The notes below the pieces were generated by a model, which searched no databases, was not told the origin of the DNA, and was given only the letters and a program-made list of their open reading frames with translations. A stretch of DNA of 64,000 nt. It comes from Acidobacteriota bacterium (GTDB lineage Bacteria > Acidobacteriota > Vicinamibacteria > Vicinamibacterales > 2-12-FULL-66-21). Below are positions 29,986 to 39,780 of the stretch, in pieces. The stretch's first letter is position 1, and each line of letters begins with the position of its first letter. The position numbers and the translations under genes are program-made. The stretch is from NCBI GenBank assembly GCA_046733875.1, contig JBKPQB010000027.1:23601-87600 (forward strand). Direction: 5' to 3'.

Positions 29986-31902
29986 GTGGCCGCAACCTAC
30001 ACCGCCAAAGACATTACCGTCCTCGAAGGACTCGAACCCGTCCGCAAGCGTCCCGGTATGTACATCGGCGGCGTCGGGAGCGCCGGTCTGCATCATCTCG
30101 TCTGGGAGATCCTGGACAACGCGATCGACGAGGCGATGAACGGCTACGCCTCGAACATCCGCGTCACGCTGCACGACGATGAAGCCTCGATCACCATCGA
30201 GGACGACGGGCGCGGGATTCCGGTCGACAAGCATCCGAAGACGAAGAAAAGCGCGCTCGAAGTGATCTTCACGACGCTGCATGCCGGCGGAAAATTCGAG
30301 GCGGGCAACTACAAGACCGCTGGAGGTCTGCACGGCGTCGGCGCGAGCGTCGTCAACGCGCTGTCGAAGGAGCTGGTCGCGACCGTCAAGCGCGACGGCG
30401 CGAGTTGGGAGCAACGGTTCAAACAGGGCATGCCGGTCGGCACGCTCAAGAAGCTCGGACCTGCGCGCGGCAGCGGGACGACCGTCTTCTTCAGGCCCGA
30501 TACGACGATCTTCCCCAAGATCGAATTCGACGCCGGCGTCATCAAGGAGCGGCTCGAGGTCTCGAGCTACCTGCACAAGGGCATCCGCATCGCGTTCGAG
30601 GACGAGTCGAAAAGCGACAAGGCTGTCTTCCAGCACGAAGAAGGCCTCGCTGACTACCTGAAGAAGATTCTGACCGAGCGCAGCGCTGTGCCCGTGCACG
30701 AGGCACCGTTCACGCTCGCGCGCGAGAACGACGACAGCGGGATACGTCTGGAGCTGGCGCTGCAGTGGACGCAGTCCACGGACGAGCACGTGCGCAGCTA
30801 CGTCAACGGCATTCCGACGGGATCGGGCGGCACGCACGAGAATGGCTTCCGGGCCGGACTCGGCAAGGCGGTACGCAACTTCATCGATACGCACAACCTG
30901 TCGCCGAAGGGAGTCACGCTGACCGCGGAGGACATTCGCGAGGGGCTCGTCGCGGTCCTCAGCGTCTTCCTGCAGGAGCCGCAGTTCCAGGGCCAGACGA
31001 AGGATCGTTTGAATAATCCCGAAGCGATGGCTGCGGTCGATTCGCAGGTGCGGCCGGCGCTCGAGCACTGGCTGAACACGAACATCTCGGTTGCGGAGTC
31101 GATCATCGGGCGCATCATCCTCGCAGCCCGCGCGCGCGAAGCGAGCCGCGCGGCGCAGCAGGAAGTCGCGCGCAAGACGGCAACATCAAATCGATTGACG
31201 CTTCCTGGAAAGCTGAGCGACTGCACCTCGCCCGGACGCGAGGACAGCGAGCTGTTCGTCGTCGAAGGGGATTCCGCCGGCGGCTCCGCGAAGCAGGGGC
31301 GGGACCGTACGCGGCAGGCGATTCTTCCCCTTCGCGGCAAGGTCCTGAACACGGAGAGCGTCTCGCTCGCGAAGGTGCTCGAGAACAAGGAGCTGTCGGA
31401 CCTCGTGACCGCGCTCGGCTGCGGCCTCGGGAAGAACTTCGATCTCGCGCGGCTCCGGTACGGAAAAGTCATCATCCTCGCGGACGCCGACTCCGATGGC
31501 CACCACATCGCGACGCTGCTGCTCACGTTCATTTACCGGCACATGCCCCAGCTCATCACGTCGCGGCGCGTCTTCCTGGCGCAGCCGCCGCTCTATCGCA
31601 TCGACGTCGCCAAGGACACGTTCTGGGCGCTGGACGATGCGCATCGGGATCGGCTGCTGAAGGTGCACAGCAACGGCCGCGGCACGCCCGAGATCACGCG
31701 GTTCAAGGGACTCGGCGAGATGATGCCGAAGGTGCTGTGGGAGACCACGCTCAACCCGCGCACGCGGCGCCTCCTGCGGGTCGACATCGCCGACCAGATC
31801 ATCACCGACCGCGTCATTAACGAGCTGATGGGCAAAGATCCCTCGGCCCGCTTCCGTTTCATCATGGAGCGCGCGGAGGACGCCGTTGAGCTGGATGTGT
31901 AG
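29986..31902 (+). CDS. Type IIA topoisomerase subunit B (ParE/GyrB family; topo IV-like by size)
   Basis: GTG start. ITVLEGLEPVRKRPGMYIGG, the GHKL ATPase fold, and Toprim EGDSAGG with the DADSDGHHI motif. 638 aa. Confidence 0.9.
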   Translation: MAATYTAKDITVLEGLEPVRKRPGMYIGGVGSAGLHHLVWEILDNAIDEAMNGYASNIRVTLHDDEASITIEDDGRGIPVDKHPKTKKSALEVIFTTLHAGGKFEAGNYKTAGGLHGVGASVVNALSKELVATVKRDGASWEQRFKQGMPVGTLKKLGPARGSGTTVFFRPDTTIFPKIEFDAGVIKERLEVSSYLHKGIRIAFEDESKSDKAVFQHEEGLADYLKKILTERSAVPVHEAPFTLARENDDSGIRLELALQWTQSTDEHVRSYVNGIPTGSGGTHENGFRAGLGKAVRNFIDTHNLSPKGVTLTAEDIREGLVAVLSVFLQEPQFQGQTKDRLNNPEAMAAVDSQVRPALEHWLNTNISVAESIIGRIILAARAREASRAAQQEVARKTATSNRLTLPGKLSDCTSPGREDSELFVVEGDSAGGSAKQGRDRTRQAILPLRGKVLNTESVSLAKVLENKELSDLVTALGCGLGKNFDLARLRYGKVIILADADSDGHHIATLLLTFIYRHMPQLITSRRVFLAQPPLYRIDVAKDTFWALDDAHRDRLLKVHSNGRGTPEITRFKGLGEMMPKVLWETTLNPRTRRLLRVDIADQIITDRVINELMGKDPSARFRFIMERAEDAVELDV

Positions 31903-31934
31903 AAAGCGCCTGCGCCCGGGGCGAGCGGGCGCAG
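31898..31934 (+). repeat. TGTAG (containing the parE-like stop) followed by an 8-bp hairpin
   Basis: CTGCGCCC (31910-31917) pairs with GGGCGCAG (31927-31934). Confidence 0.75.
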
Positions 31935-31991
31935 CGAGACGAGCCGGAGCGCGCGGGGGTGGGCCCCGCGCGCACCGGGAAAAGATGTTTG

Positions 31992-34472
31992 ATGGCCGGA
32001 GCTGAGTCGCGATGGCGCGTGCACAAGTTCGGCGGATCGAGCGTGGCGGATGCAGCCTGCATGGAGCGCGTAGCCGCGATTCTCGACGCGGATACCCGTC
32101 CGCGTATGGCCGCGGTGCTCTCCGCCTGCCGCGGCGTGACGGACGGACTGCTGCACCTGATCGCGGCCGCCGAGCGCAACGAGCAGATCACCGATCGCCT
32201 CGATGCGCTGCGTGATCGTCACGTCTCCATCGCACGTACGCTTCTCGAACGGCCGGCGGGCGACGACTACATCAGTGAGCTCGATTCGGGCTGCCGCGAC
32301 ATCCTCGGCATCCTTCAGACAGTCCGCCTGATTCGATCCGCGCCGCAGGCCGTCCGCGATCTCGTCGTCGGCTTCGGCGAGATCTGGTCGACGCGGCTCT
32401 TCACGCCTTACCTCGCGCAGCGGGGCCGACGCCGCAATGTCCGCTGGGTGGACGCCCGTGATCTGATCGTCGTCGAGTGGGGCGCGCTCGGGCCGTCCGT
32501 GCGCTGGACTGAGTCGCGCGCCAATACCGCGCGCGTCATCGGCCCTGAGGAGGACGTCACGCTCGTCGTGACGGGATTCATCGCCCGCAATCCCGCCGGG
32601 CTGCAGACGACCCTGGGACGGAACGGCAGCGATTTCACCGGCTCGATCGTCGGCAGTCTGCTCGATGCCGACGAGATCCACATCTGGACGGACGTCGACG
32701 GCGTGCTCAGCGCGGATCCGCGCCTCGTGCCCGAGGCCACGATCATCGACTCGCTCTCGTACGAAGAGGCAATGGAGCTGGCATACTTCGGCGCGAAGGT
32801 GATCCATCCCCAGACGATGGCGCCGGCGGTGACCAAGGAGATCCCGATCTGGATCCGGAACACGTTTGCGCCGGAGAAGCCCGGGACGCTCATCTGCGCG
32901 CATCCGATCTCGAACCATCAGGTCAAGGGAATCACCAGCATCGATCGGCTCGCGCTCGTGAATGTCGAGGGCGCGGGGATGATCGGCGTTCCCGGGACGG
33001 CGCAACGGCTGTTCGGGGCGCTTCGCGAACACGGCATCTCGGTCGTGCTCATCTCGCAGGCCAGCTCCGAACATTCGATCTGCTTCGCCGTACCGGAGGC
33101 GGACGCGGAGCGGACAGCGGCCGTCGTCCGAGAGACGTTCGCGGCGGAGCTCGAACAGGGGCAGATTCAGAATATCGACGTCGGTGCGGGCTGCAGCATC
33201 CTGTCGGTCGTTGGCGACGGAATGGCGGGGACGCCCGGGATTGCAGCGAAGGTGTTCGTGGCGCTCGCGAATGCCGGCGTGAACGTGCGCGCGATCGCGC
33301 AAGGGTCGTCCGAGCGGAACATCTCGTGCGTCGTCGATCAGCGGCAGGCGAGCAAGGCGCTCGGCGCCGTGCACTCGGGATTCTATCTGTCGCCGCACAC
33401 GGTCTCGATTGGCCTCGTCGGTCCAGGACTGGTCGGGAGCGCGCTCCTCGACCAGCTCGCGTCACAGGCGGAACGGCTTTCGCGCGACTTCCGCCTCGAT
33501 CTACGGCTGCGGGGGATCATGACCTCGACGCGGATGGCGCTGGCCGACGCGCAGATTCCGCTGACGTGCTGGCGCGAGGCGCTGAGCCGCGGCGAGCCTG
33601 CCGATCTCGCGCGGCTCGAAGCACACGTGAACACGGATCGCCTGCCCCACGCGGTGATCATCGACTGCTCCGCGAGCGCGGAGGTTGCGAGCGCGTATCC
33701 GCGGTGGCTTGCGGCCGGCATCCACGTCGTCACACCCAACAAGAAAGCGAACAGCGGCGCCCTTTCGCTGTATTCGGCGCTGAAGGACGCGCGCCGGCAG
33801 GGTGGATCGCACTATCTGTACGAAGCGACGGTGGGCGCCGGCCTGCCGATCATCCAGACGCTCCGCGATCTCCGCGAGACGGGCGACGAGATTCGCCGGA
33901 TCGAAGGGATTCTCTCGGGAACGCTCGCATATCTGTTCAACGTCTGGGACGGCCGCGAGCCGTTCTCCGCGGTCGTGCGCGAGGCGAAGAAGAACGGCTA
34001 CACGGAGCCCGATCCGCGCGACGATCTCTCCGGGACGGACGTTGCCCGGAAACTCATCATCCTTGGACGTGAGATGGGACGCCCGCTGGAGCTCAAGGAG
34101 GTCGATCTCGAAGGCCTTGTGCCTGCGGCGCTCGAGGGCTGCCCGGTCCCGGAGTTCATGGAACGGCTCCCCGAGCTCGACGCGCCGATGCTCGCGCGTC
34201 TCGAGGCGGCGCGGTCGAAGAACCGCGTGCTTCGCTACGTCGGCACGGTCGATGCGGCGAGCACGCGTGCGTCGGTCGGCCTCGTCGAGCTCGAGCGGAC
34301 GCATCCGTTCGCGAACATCAATCTGACCGACAACGTCGTCCGCTTCGTGACGGGGCGTTACGATCGGAATCCCCTCGTCGTTCAGGGCCCTGGCGCCGGC
34401 CCGGGCGTCACTGCCGCAGGCGTGTTCGCGGATTTGCTCCGCGTGTGCGCATACCTCGGCGCGAGGCTGTGA
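31992..34472 (+). CDS. thrA: Bifunctional aspartate kinase / homoserine dehydrogenase
   Basis: Start at ATG 31992 (VHKFGGSSV kinase motif). ACT region, then the C-terminal homoserine dehydrogenase domain (GLVGPGLVGSALLDQL). Confidence 0.9.
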   Translation: MAGAESRWRVHKFGGSSVADAACMERVAAILDADTRPRMAAVLSACRGVTDGLLHLIAAAERNEQITDRLDALRDRHVSIARTLLERPAGDDYISELDSGCRDILGILQTVRLIRSAPQAVRDLVVGFGEIWSTRLFTPYLAQRGRRRNVRWVDARDLIVVEWGALGPSVRWTESRANTARVIGPEEDVTLVVTGFIARNPAGLQTTLGRNGSDFTGSIVGSLLDADEIHIWTDVDGVLSADPRLVPEATIIDSLSYEEAMELAYFGAKVIHPQTMAPAVTKEIPIWIRNTFAPEKPGTLICAHPISNHQVKGITSIDRLALVNVEGAGMIGVPGTAQRLFGALREHGISVVLISQASSEHSICFAVPEADAERTAAVVRETFAAELEQGQIQNIDVGAGCSILSVVGDGMAGTPGIAAKVFVALANAGVNVRAIAQGSSERNISCVVDQRQASKALGAVHSGFYLSPHTVSIGLVGPGLVGSALLDQLASQAERLSRDFRLDLRLRGIMTSTRMALADAQIPLTCWREALSRGEPADLARLEAHVNTDRLPHAVIIDCSASAEVASAYPRWLAAGIHVVTPNKKANSGALSLYSALKDARRQGGSHYLYEATVGAGLPIIQTLRDLRETGDEIRRIEGILSGTLAYLFNVWDGREPFSAVVREAKKNGYTEPDPRDDLSGTDVARKLIILGREMGRPLELKEVDLEGLVPAALEGCPVPEFMERLPELDAPMLARLEAARSKNRVLRYVGTVDAASTRASVGLVELERTHPFANINLTDNVVRFVTGRYDRNPLVVQGPGAGPGVTAAGVFADLLRVCAYLGARL

Positions 34473-34473
34473 C

Positions 34474-35424
34474 ATGAGTGCGGCTGCCCGTGGTTCCGAC
34501 GAGGCGGTGGCGTTCGCACCGGCGAGCGTCGGGAATGTCGGCGTCGGATTCGACGTCCTCGGGCACAGCGTCCAGACCGTCGGCGACCGCGTGCGTGCCC
34601 GGCGCATCGCAGACCGCACGGTACGAATCGCAGCTATCAGCGGCGTGGCCCGCGAGCTTCCGCTCGAGAGTGGACGCAACACAGCGGGCGTGGCGGTGGC
34701 GGCGCTCGTCGAAGCCGTCGGGCTCGATTATGGCTTCGAGCTCACCATCGAAAAAGGCATACCGCTCGGCTCCGGGCTGGGGGGGTCAGCCGCGTCCGCG
34801 GTTGCTGCGGTGGTTGCGGCGAACGCGCTGATCGGCGAGCCGCTGCCAAAGCTGACGCTGCTCAAGTGCGCGATGCGCGGCGAGCAGATTGCGAGCGGCG
34901 CGCTGCACGTCGACAACGTCGCCCCGTCGCTCTATGGCGGGCTCGTCCTCACCGTCGGCATCGACGACCCGAACGTGAAGCAGATTCCGGTGCCCGCATG
35001 CGTGCGCTGCGTCCTGGTGCACCCGCACCTGGAGCTTCCGACGCGCAAGTCGCGCGAGGTGCTGAAAGAAAGCGTCACGCTGTCCGACGTGATCTGGCAG
35101 CAGGCCAATCTTGCCGGATTCCTCACCGGCTGCTTCACGGGCGACCTCGACCTGATCAAGGTATCGCTCGAGGACGTCATCATCGAGCCGCAGCGAATGC
35201 TTCTGATCCCCGGGTTTCAATCGGTGAAGCGGGCGGCGCTCTCGAATGGCGCGCTCGGCTGCTCGATTTCAGGCGCGGGCCCGACCGTGTTCGCGTGGTG
35301 CGAACAGGACCGCGCTGAAACGGTGCGCGACGCGATGGCCGCGGCTTTTCAGCTTCACGGGCTTGGCGCGGATCAGTGGATTTCCCCAATCGAATCAGCA
35401 GGCGCACAGGTTGTGCCGGGATGA
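34474..35424 (+). CDS. thrB: Homoserine kinase
   Basis: GHMP kinase motif GIPLGSGLGGSAASAVAAV. Starts 2 nt after the thrA stop. Confidence 0.9.
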   Translation: MSAAARGSDEAVAFAPASVGNVGVGFDVLGHSVQTVGDRVRARRIADRTVRIAAISGVARELPLESGRNTAGVAVAALVEAVGLDYGFELTIEKGIPLGSGLGGSAASAVAAVVAANALIGEPLPKLTLLKCAMRGEQIASGALHVDNVAPSLYGGLVLTVGIDDPNVKQIPVPACVRCVLVHPHLELPTRKSREVLKESVTLSDVIWQQANLAGFLTGCFTGDLDLIKVSLEDVIIEPQRMLLIPGFQSVKRAALSNGALGCSISGAGPTVFAWCEQDRAETVRDAMAAAFQLHGLGADQWISPIESAGAQVVPG

Positions 35425-36731
35425 AATTCATCAGCACGCGAAGCGCGGACACCCAGGTCAGCCTGAGCGACGCCATCACGCAGGGTCTCGCCCCCGATGG
35501 CGGCCTGTTCATCCCGTCCGAACTGCCGCGGCTGCCGCTCGAGGTGTTTGACGCATTGTCGGGGCTTGCCGAGACCGCGGCCGCACTCCTGCGGCCCTTT
35601 GCGGGCGGCGATCCACTCGAGGCCGATCTCGATGGGATCTGCCGCGAGGCGTTCAATTTTCCCGCGCCGCTCGTGCCGCTTGCGAATGCTCCTGGTCCGG
35701 TGAGCGTGCTCGAGCTGTTCCACGGCCCGACGTGCGCGTTCAAGGACTTCGGCGCGCGGTTCGTCGCCGCCTGTCTGGAGCGCCTCCGCTCGGGCACGCC
35801 GCACAAGCTCACGATTGTCGTCGCGACCTCCGGCGACACCGGAGGAGCGGTCGCGGCGGCGTTCCATGGCCGCCGTTTCGCGGATGTGGTCCTGTTGTAT
35901 CCGAAGGGGCTGGTGTCGCCGCGACAGGCGCAACAGCTGTCGTGCTGGGGCGGCAACGTGCGGACGTTTGCCGTCCGCGGGACCTTCGACGATTGTCAGC
36001 GGATGGCGAAGGAGGCCTTTCGCGATGCCGAACTGGCGCGACGCTTCGAGTTGTCGTCCGCCAATAGCATCAACCTCGGGCGCCTGCTGCCGCAGGCCGC
36101 GTACTACGCGTGGGCCAGCCTGCAGATCTGGAACGCCGAAGGACGAAAGCCGAACTTCATCGTCCCCACCGGAAATCTGGGCAACGCGATGGCATGCGTG
36201 CTGGCGCGCGAGATGGGGCTTCCCATCGGCGACATCGTCCTCGTCACGAACGCCAACCTCACGATCACGGATTACGTCAACGAAGGTGTCTGGCGTCCGC
36301 GGCCGAGCGTGGCGACGCTGGCCTCCGCGATGGATGTCGGAAATCCGTCGAACATGGAACGGCTGCGCGCGCTCCTGCCGGACCTCGATCGTCTTCGGCT
36401 GCACATTTCGGCTGCGCACGTCTCGGACGATGAGATTCGCACGACGATTCGCGAGGACTGGGAGCGCTACGGCCGCGCATGGTGTCCGCACACCGCGACG
36501 GCTGCGTGGGTCTACCGCGACATCGCACGCACACGCGCCGACGAGCACTGGGTCATCGTCGCGACCGCGCATCCAGCGAAGTTCAACGAGATCGCCGAGC
36601 CGCTCATCGGCCAGGCGATTCCCGTTCCGGCCGCGCTCGAGCGGCTGCTACGGCTGCCGCGGCAGGAAGCAGAGCTTGACGCAACGGTTGATGCGTTGAA
36701 GATGGAATTGCTGCGATCATCACGGTCCTGA
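35421..36731 (+). CDS. thrC: Threonine synthase
   Basis: ATGA overlap with thrB. MKFISTR... and the PLP-lysine motif FHGPTCAFKDFG. Confidence 0.9.
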   Translation: MKFISTRSADTQVSLSDAITQGLAPDGGLFIPSELPRLPLEVFDALSGLAETAAALLRPFAGGDPLEADLDGICREAFNFPAPLVPLANAPGPVSVLELFHGPTCAFKDFGARFVAACLERLRSGTPHKLTIVVATSGDTGGAVAAAFHGRRFADVVLLYPKGLVSPRQAQQLSCWGGNVRTFAVRGTFDDCQRMAKEAFRDAELARRFELSSANSINLGRLLPQAAYYAWASLQIWNAEGRKPNFIVPTGNLGNAMACVLAREMGLPIGDIVLVTNANLTITDYVNEGVWRPRPSVATLASAMDVGNPSNMERLRALLPDLDRLRLHISAAHVSDDEIRTTIREDWERYGRAWCPHTATAAWVYRDIARTRADEHWVIVATAHPAKFNEIAEPLIGQAIPVPAALERLLRLPRQEAELDATVDALKMELLRSSRS

Positions 36732-36829
36732 AAGCACCGCGCTACGATCGCGGACCTTGAACGGCCGCGCTATGTTGTTGCGATCGTCGGGCGGCGCTCT
36801 TAGGGCCGCCTAACTGTACACTCCCTCTA

Positions 36830-37933
36830 ATGCGCTCCGGAACCGCACATCTTCCACTGCACAGCGGACGCGCCCCCGCCTGGCTCTTCTCGCGCATGAT
36901 CCGGCTGTCGCGCGAGATCACCGCGCACGTCGTCGCTGAATACGGGAGCGACGAGATGCTGCGCCGGCTGTCCGATCCGTTCTGGTTCCAGGCGTTCGGG
37001 TGTGTGCTCGGCTTCGACTGGCATTCAAGCGGCGTGACCACCACCGTCACCGGAGCGCTGAAGGAAGGAATTCGCGGACTCGAGCACGAACTGGGATTTT
37101 TCGCCGGCGGCGGCAAGGGGGCCGTGTCGAAGCGGACGCCGTCGGAGATCGTCGCATACTGCGACAAGCTGTCGATCGACGCGTCGCCGCTGGTGTATGC
37201 GAGCCGCATGTCGGCAAAGGTCGACAGCGCCGCCGTCCAGGACGGCTTTCAGTTGTATCACCACGCGTTCTTCTTCACGCCGCGCGGCGGCTGGTGCGTC
37301 GTGCAGCAGGGCATGAACGACGACACCGGGATGGCGAGACGGTACCACTGGCTCGCGGAGAGCGTGCGCAGCTACGTGAACGAGCCGCACGCGGCCATTT
37401 GCGCTCAGGCGTCCGCGCCGACGCTGAACCTCGTGGCATCCGAGAGCGAGGCGGTCCGATCGGCCTCTGCGGAGCTCGCTCGTGAGAAGCCCCAGGTGGC
37501 GCTCTCCGCGCTCAAGAATCTTCCGCTGCTCTCGATGCCGAAGCGCCATGCTGTCCTCATCAGCGACGTCAGCGCGCAGCACCTCGAGCGCATTCTGCTG
37601 AAGACATACGACCGCGCACCGGACAACTTCGAGACGCTGCTCGGCATGGAGGGCGTGGGCGCGCGCACGCTTCGCGCGCTGGCGCTGGCGTCGGAAGTGA
37701 TCTACGGGACGCCGGCGAGCACGCGCGACCCCGCGCGGTTTTCGTTCGCGCACGGCGGCAAGGATGGCACACCGTTCCCGGTCGACCTCGAAACCTACGA
37801 CAGGACGATCGAGGTCCTGCGAGCCGCCGTCAACAAGGCGAACATCGACCGATCCGAACGGGTGAAGGCGTTGAAACGCCTCGTGGACTACGGGAAACAG
37901 AAGATCGCGGAGCGGACCAAAGGCACATCGTGA
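36830..37933 (+). CDS. DUF763-family protein with a C-terminal helix-hairpin-helix-like segment
   Basis: Conserved N-terminus (LPLHSGRAPAWLFSRMIRLS...FGCVLGFDWHSSGVTTTV). LLGMEGVGARTLRALALASEVIYG resembles an HhH motif. Confidence 0.7.
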   Translation: MRSGTAHLPLHSGRAPAWLFSRMIRLSREITAHVVAEYGSDEMLRRLSDPFWFQAFGCVLGFDWHSSGVTTTVTGALKEGIRGLEHELGFFAGGGKGAVSKRTPSEIVAYCDKLSIDASPLVYASRMSAKVDSAAVQDGFQLYHHAFFFTPRGGWCVVQQGMNDDTGMARRYHWLAESVRSYVNEPHAAICAQASAPTLNLVASESEAVRSASAELAREKPQVALSALKNLPLLSMPKRHAVLISDVSAQHLERILLKTYDRAPDNFETLLGMEGVGARTLRALALASEVIYGTPASTRDPARFSFAHGGKDGTPFPVDLETYDRTIEVLRAAVNKANIDRSERVKALKRLVDYGKQKIAERTKGTS

Positions 37934-38310
37934 TTCGCGTTCTGGCGATTGTGCTCGCCCTCTGGCAGCCCGTCGCGTTCGCATCGATTGCCGCAGCGTC
38001 GCGGTCATCGCTCGGCTTCCGCGGCGTGCTCGCCGTCGTCGAACTCGGGTTTGCCGCGTGCGTTGCCGCCATCGGGATGGCTGCGGCGTGGGCGGTGTGG
38101 ACGAACGCGCCAGCCGCTCTGCCGCTCGCACGCGCTGCGCTCGTTTCAGGCGCCGCGCGGTCAGTGCAGTCGCTGTACTGGAGCCGCCTGCCCGTGGACG
38201 TCCCGCCCGGGAGCGCGTCAGTTCGCGCGGTCGCCGTCATCGCGCACGCGGCATTCTGGTTGTGGTACTTGTCGCGCTCCGCGAACCGCCGTCAACTGGG
38301 GCGGCCCTGA
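37930..38310 (+). CDS. Small hydrophobic membrane protein, hypothetical
   Basis: GTG start in a GTGA overlap with the DUF763 stop. About four hydrophobic segments. No recognisable family. Confidence 0.4.
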   Translation: MIRVLAIVLALWQPVAFASIAAASRSSLGFRGVLAVVELGFAACVAAIGMAAAWAVWTNAPAALPLARAALVSGAARSVQSLYWSRLPVDVPPGSASVRAVAVIAHAAFWLWYLSRSANRRQLGRP

Positions 38311-38328
38311 AAGGGCCGCTCTCAGGAA

Positions 38329-38592
38329 CCCGGCGCGGCACGCGAGCGAGGCTGTAGGGGAGCCCGAGGGGCGAAGCGCGTACAGCAGCGAGTGAGCGCA
38401 GCGAACGAGCCAGCGGAGCGGAGCGCACCGGCGGCGCGGCGCGCGAGCGAGGCTGTAGGGGAGCCCGAGGGGCGAAGCCCGTGCAGCAGCGAGTGAGCGC
38501 AGCGAACGAGCCAGCGGAGCGGAGCGCACCGGCGGCGCGGCGCGCGAGCGAGGCTGTAGGGGAGCCCGAGGGGCGAAGCCCCTCGGATTAAG
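38329..38592 (+). repeat. 101-bp tandem direct repeat, about 2.4 copies, ending in a perfect 9-bp GAA-loop hairpin
   Basis: The marker CGCGAGCGAGGCTGTAGGGG recurs at 38341, 38442 and 38543 (period 101). Full units 38351-38451 and 38452-38552 differ at 2 of 101 positions. The last partial unit closes into CCGAGGGGC-GAA-GCCCCTCGG (38566-38586). Confidence 0.95.
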
Positions 38593-38814
38593 ATGACGGG
38601 ACACCGGAGCCCCCAAGCAACCGGCGTCCCGCCGTACCGGCCGAGAAACGCCCTCGGCTGGCAGCGTTCACCGGTTGTGCAATTGCGCTGCCCGCGGCAA
38701 GATTGCGCGACATCCTCGTGCCGTCACACCAACATGCGTGATTGCAGCGACTTGCAGGATCTGCCCGCCGCGATACCTAGCGCCGACGGCGCGCAGGATC
38801 GCCACATCGGGGCA

Positions 38815-39780
38815 TCAAGGCACGAGCACCACCTTGCCGATGACCTCGCCTCCTTCGAGCGCGCGGTGCGCGTCCGCGGCGCGCTCCAGTGGAAATACCT
38901 TGTCGACGATCGGCCGTACTTCACCGCGTTCCAGCAGCGGCCAGACGGCGTCGTGCAGCGCACGCCCGATTGCTCCCTTTTCGTCAGGCGTTCGCGCGCG
39001 CAGCGTCGACCCCGTAATCGTGAGTCGCTTCTGGAGAATCGGGCTCAGGTTCACCGCGGCTCTCGCGCCGCCAAGCAGACCGATCTGCACGAGACGGCCG
39101 TTCATCCTCAGGCATTCGAGATTCCTCGACAGGTACTCGCCGCCGACGATGTCCAGGATGATGTCGACACCCTTCCCTTCGGTGAACTCGCGGACGACCT
39201 GTACAAAGTCCGTGGTGCGATAGTTGATGGCACGCGTAGCGCCGAGCCGCTCGCAGGCGGCGCATTTCTCGTCTGAGCCGGCCGTCGCGAGGGCGGTCGC
39301 ACCAAACGCTCGCGCCAGTTGAATCGCCGTCGTGCCGATCCCGCTCGAGCCGCCATGGATGAGGACGATGTCGCCGCGCCGCAGGCCGCCGCGATCGAGC
39401 AGGTTCGTCCAGACGGTGAAGAACGTCTCGGGAATTGCAGCGGCCTCGCGCTCGTCGAGTCCCGCCGGGATTGGAAGGCATTGCTGGCGCGGCACGACGC
39501 AGAATTCGGCGTAGCCGCCGCCCGCGACGAGCGCGCACACGCGCAGGCCGACGTCGCCCGCGTCACTTGACACGATCGTGCCTGCGACTTCGAGACCCGG
39601 GACATCCGATGCTCCGGCCGGTGGAGGATAGTTGCCGAGGCGCTGGAGAATGTCCGGGCGGTTTACTCCCGCGGCTGCAACCCGAATCAGTACTTCACCG
39701 GCCGCGGGGCGCGGAACCGGCCGCTCGCCGGGGCGCAGCACGTCGGGTCCGCCAGGCGTGGCGATCTCGATGACGCGCAT
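38815..39780 (-). CDS. NAD(P)H:quinone oxidoreductase (zinc-type alcohol dehydrogenase superfamily)
   Basis: MRVIEIATPGGPDVL..., a Rossmann motif (IHGGSSGIGTTAIQLA) and C-terminal GKVVLVP. The start could also be 39825. Confidence 0.85.
   Translation of the reverse strand: MRVIEIATPGGPDVLRPGERPVPRPAAGEVLIRVAAAGVNRPDILQRLGNYPPPAGASDVPGLEVAGTIVSSDAGDVGLRVCALVAGGGYAEFCVVPRQQCLPIPAGLDEREAAAIPETFFTVWTNLLDRGGLRRGDIVLIHGGSSGIGTTAIQLARAFGATALATAGSDEKCAACERLGATRAINYRTTDFVQVVREFTEGKGVDIILDIVGGEYLSRNLECLRMNGRLVQIGLLGGARAAVNLSPILQKRLTITGSTLRARTPDEKGAIGRALHDAVWPLLERGEVRPIVDKVFPLERAADAHRALEGGEVIGKVVLVP

Noticed and set aside
38329-38592. A possible CRISPR array, suggested by regularly spaced identical sequence.
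   Set aside because: The units are contiguous 101-bp tandem copies with no unique spacers between them. The unit is far longer than a CRISPR repeat, and no cas genes are present.
38218-38616. A 132-aa ORF on the minus strand (and 148-aa and 99-aa ORFs on the plus strand) covering the tandem repeat.
   Set aside because: The reading frames exist only because the repeat lacks stops. The peptides are repetitive Arg/Ala/Pro/Ser strings without start context or domain.
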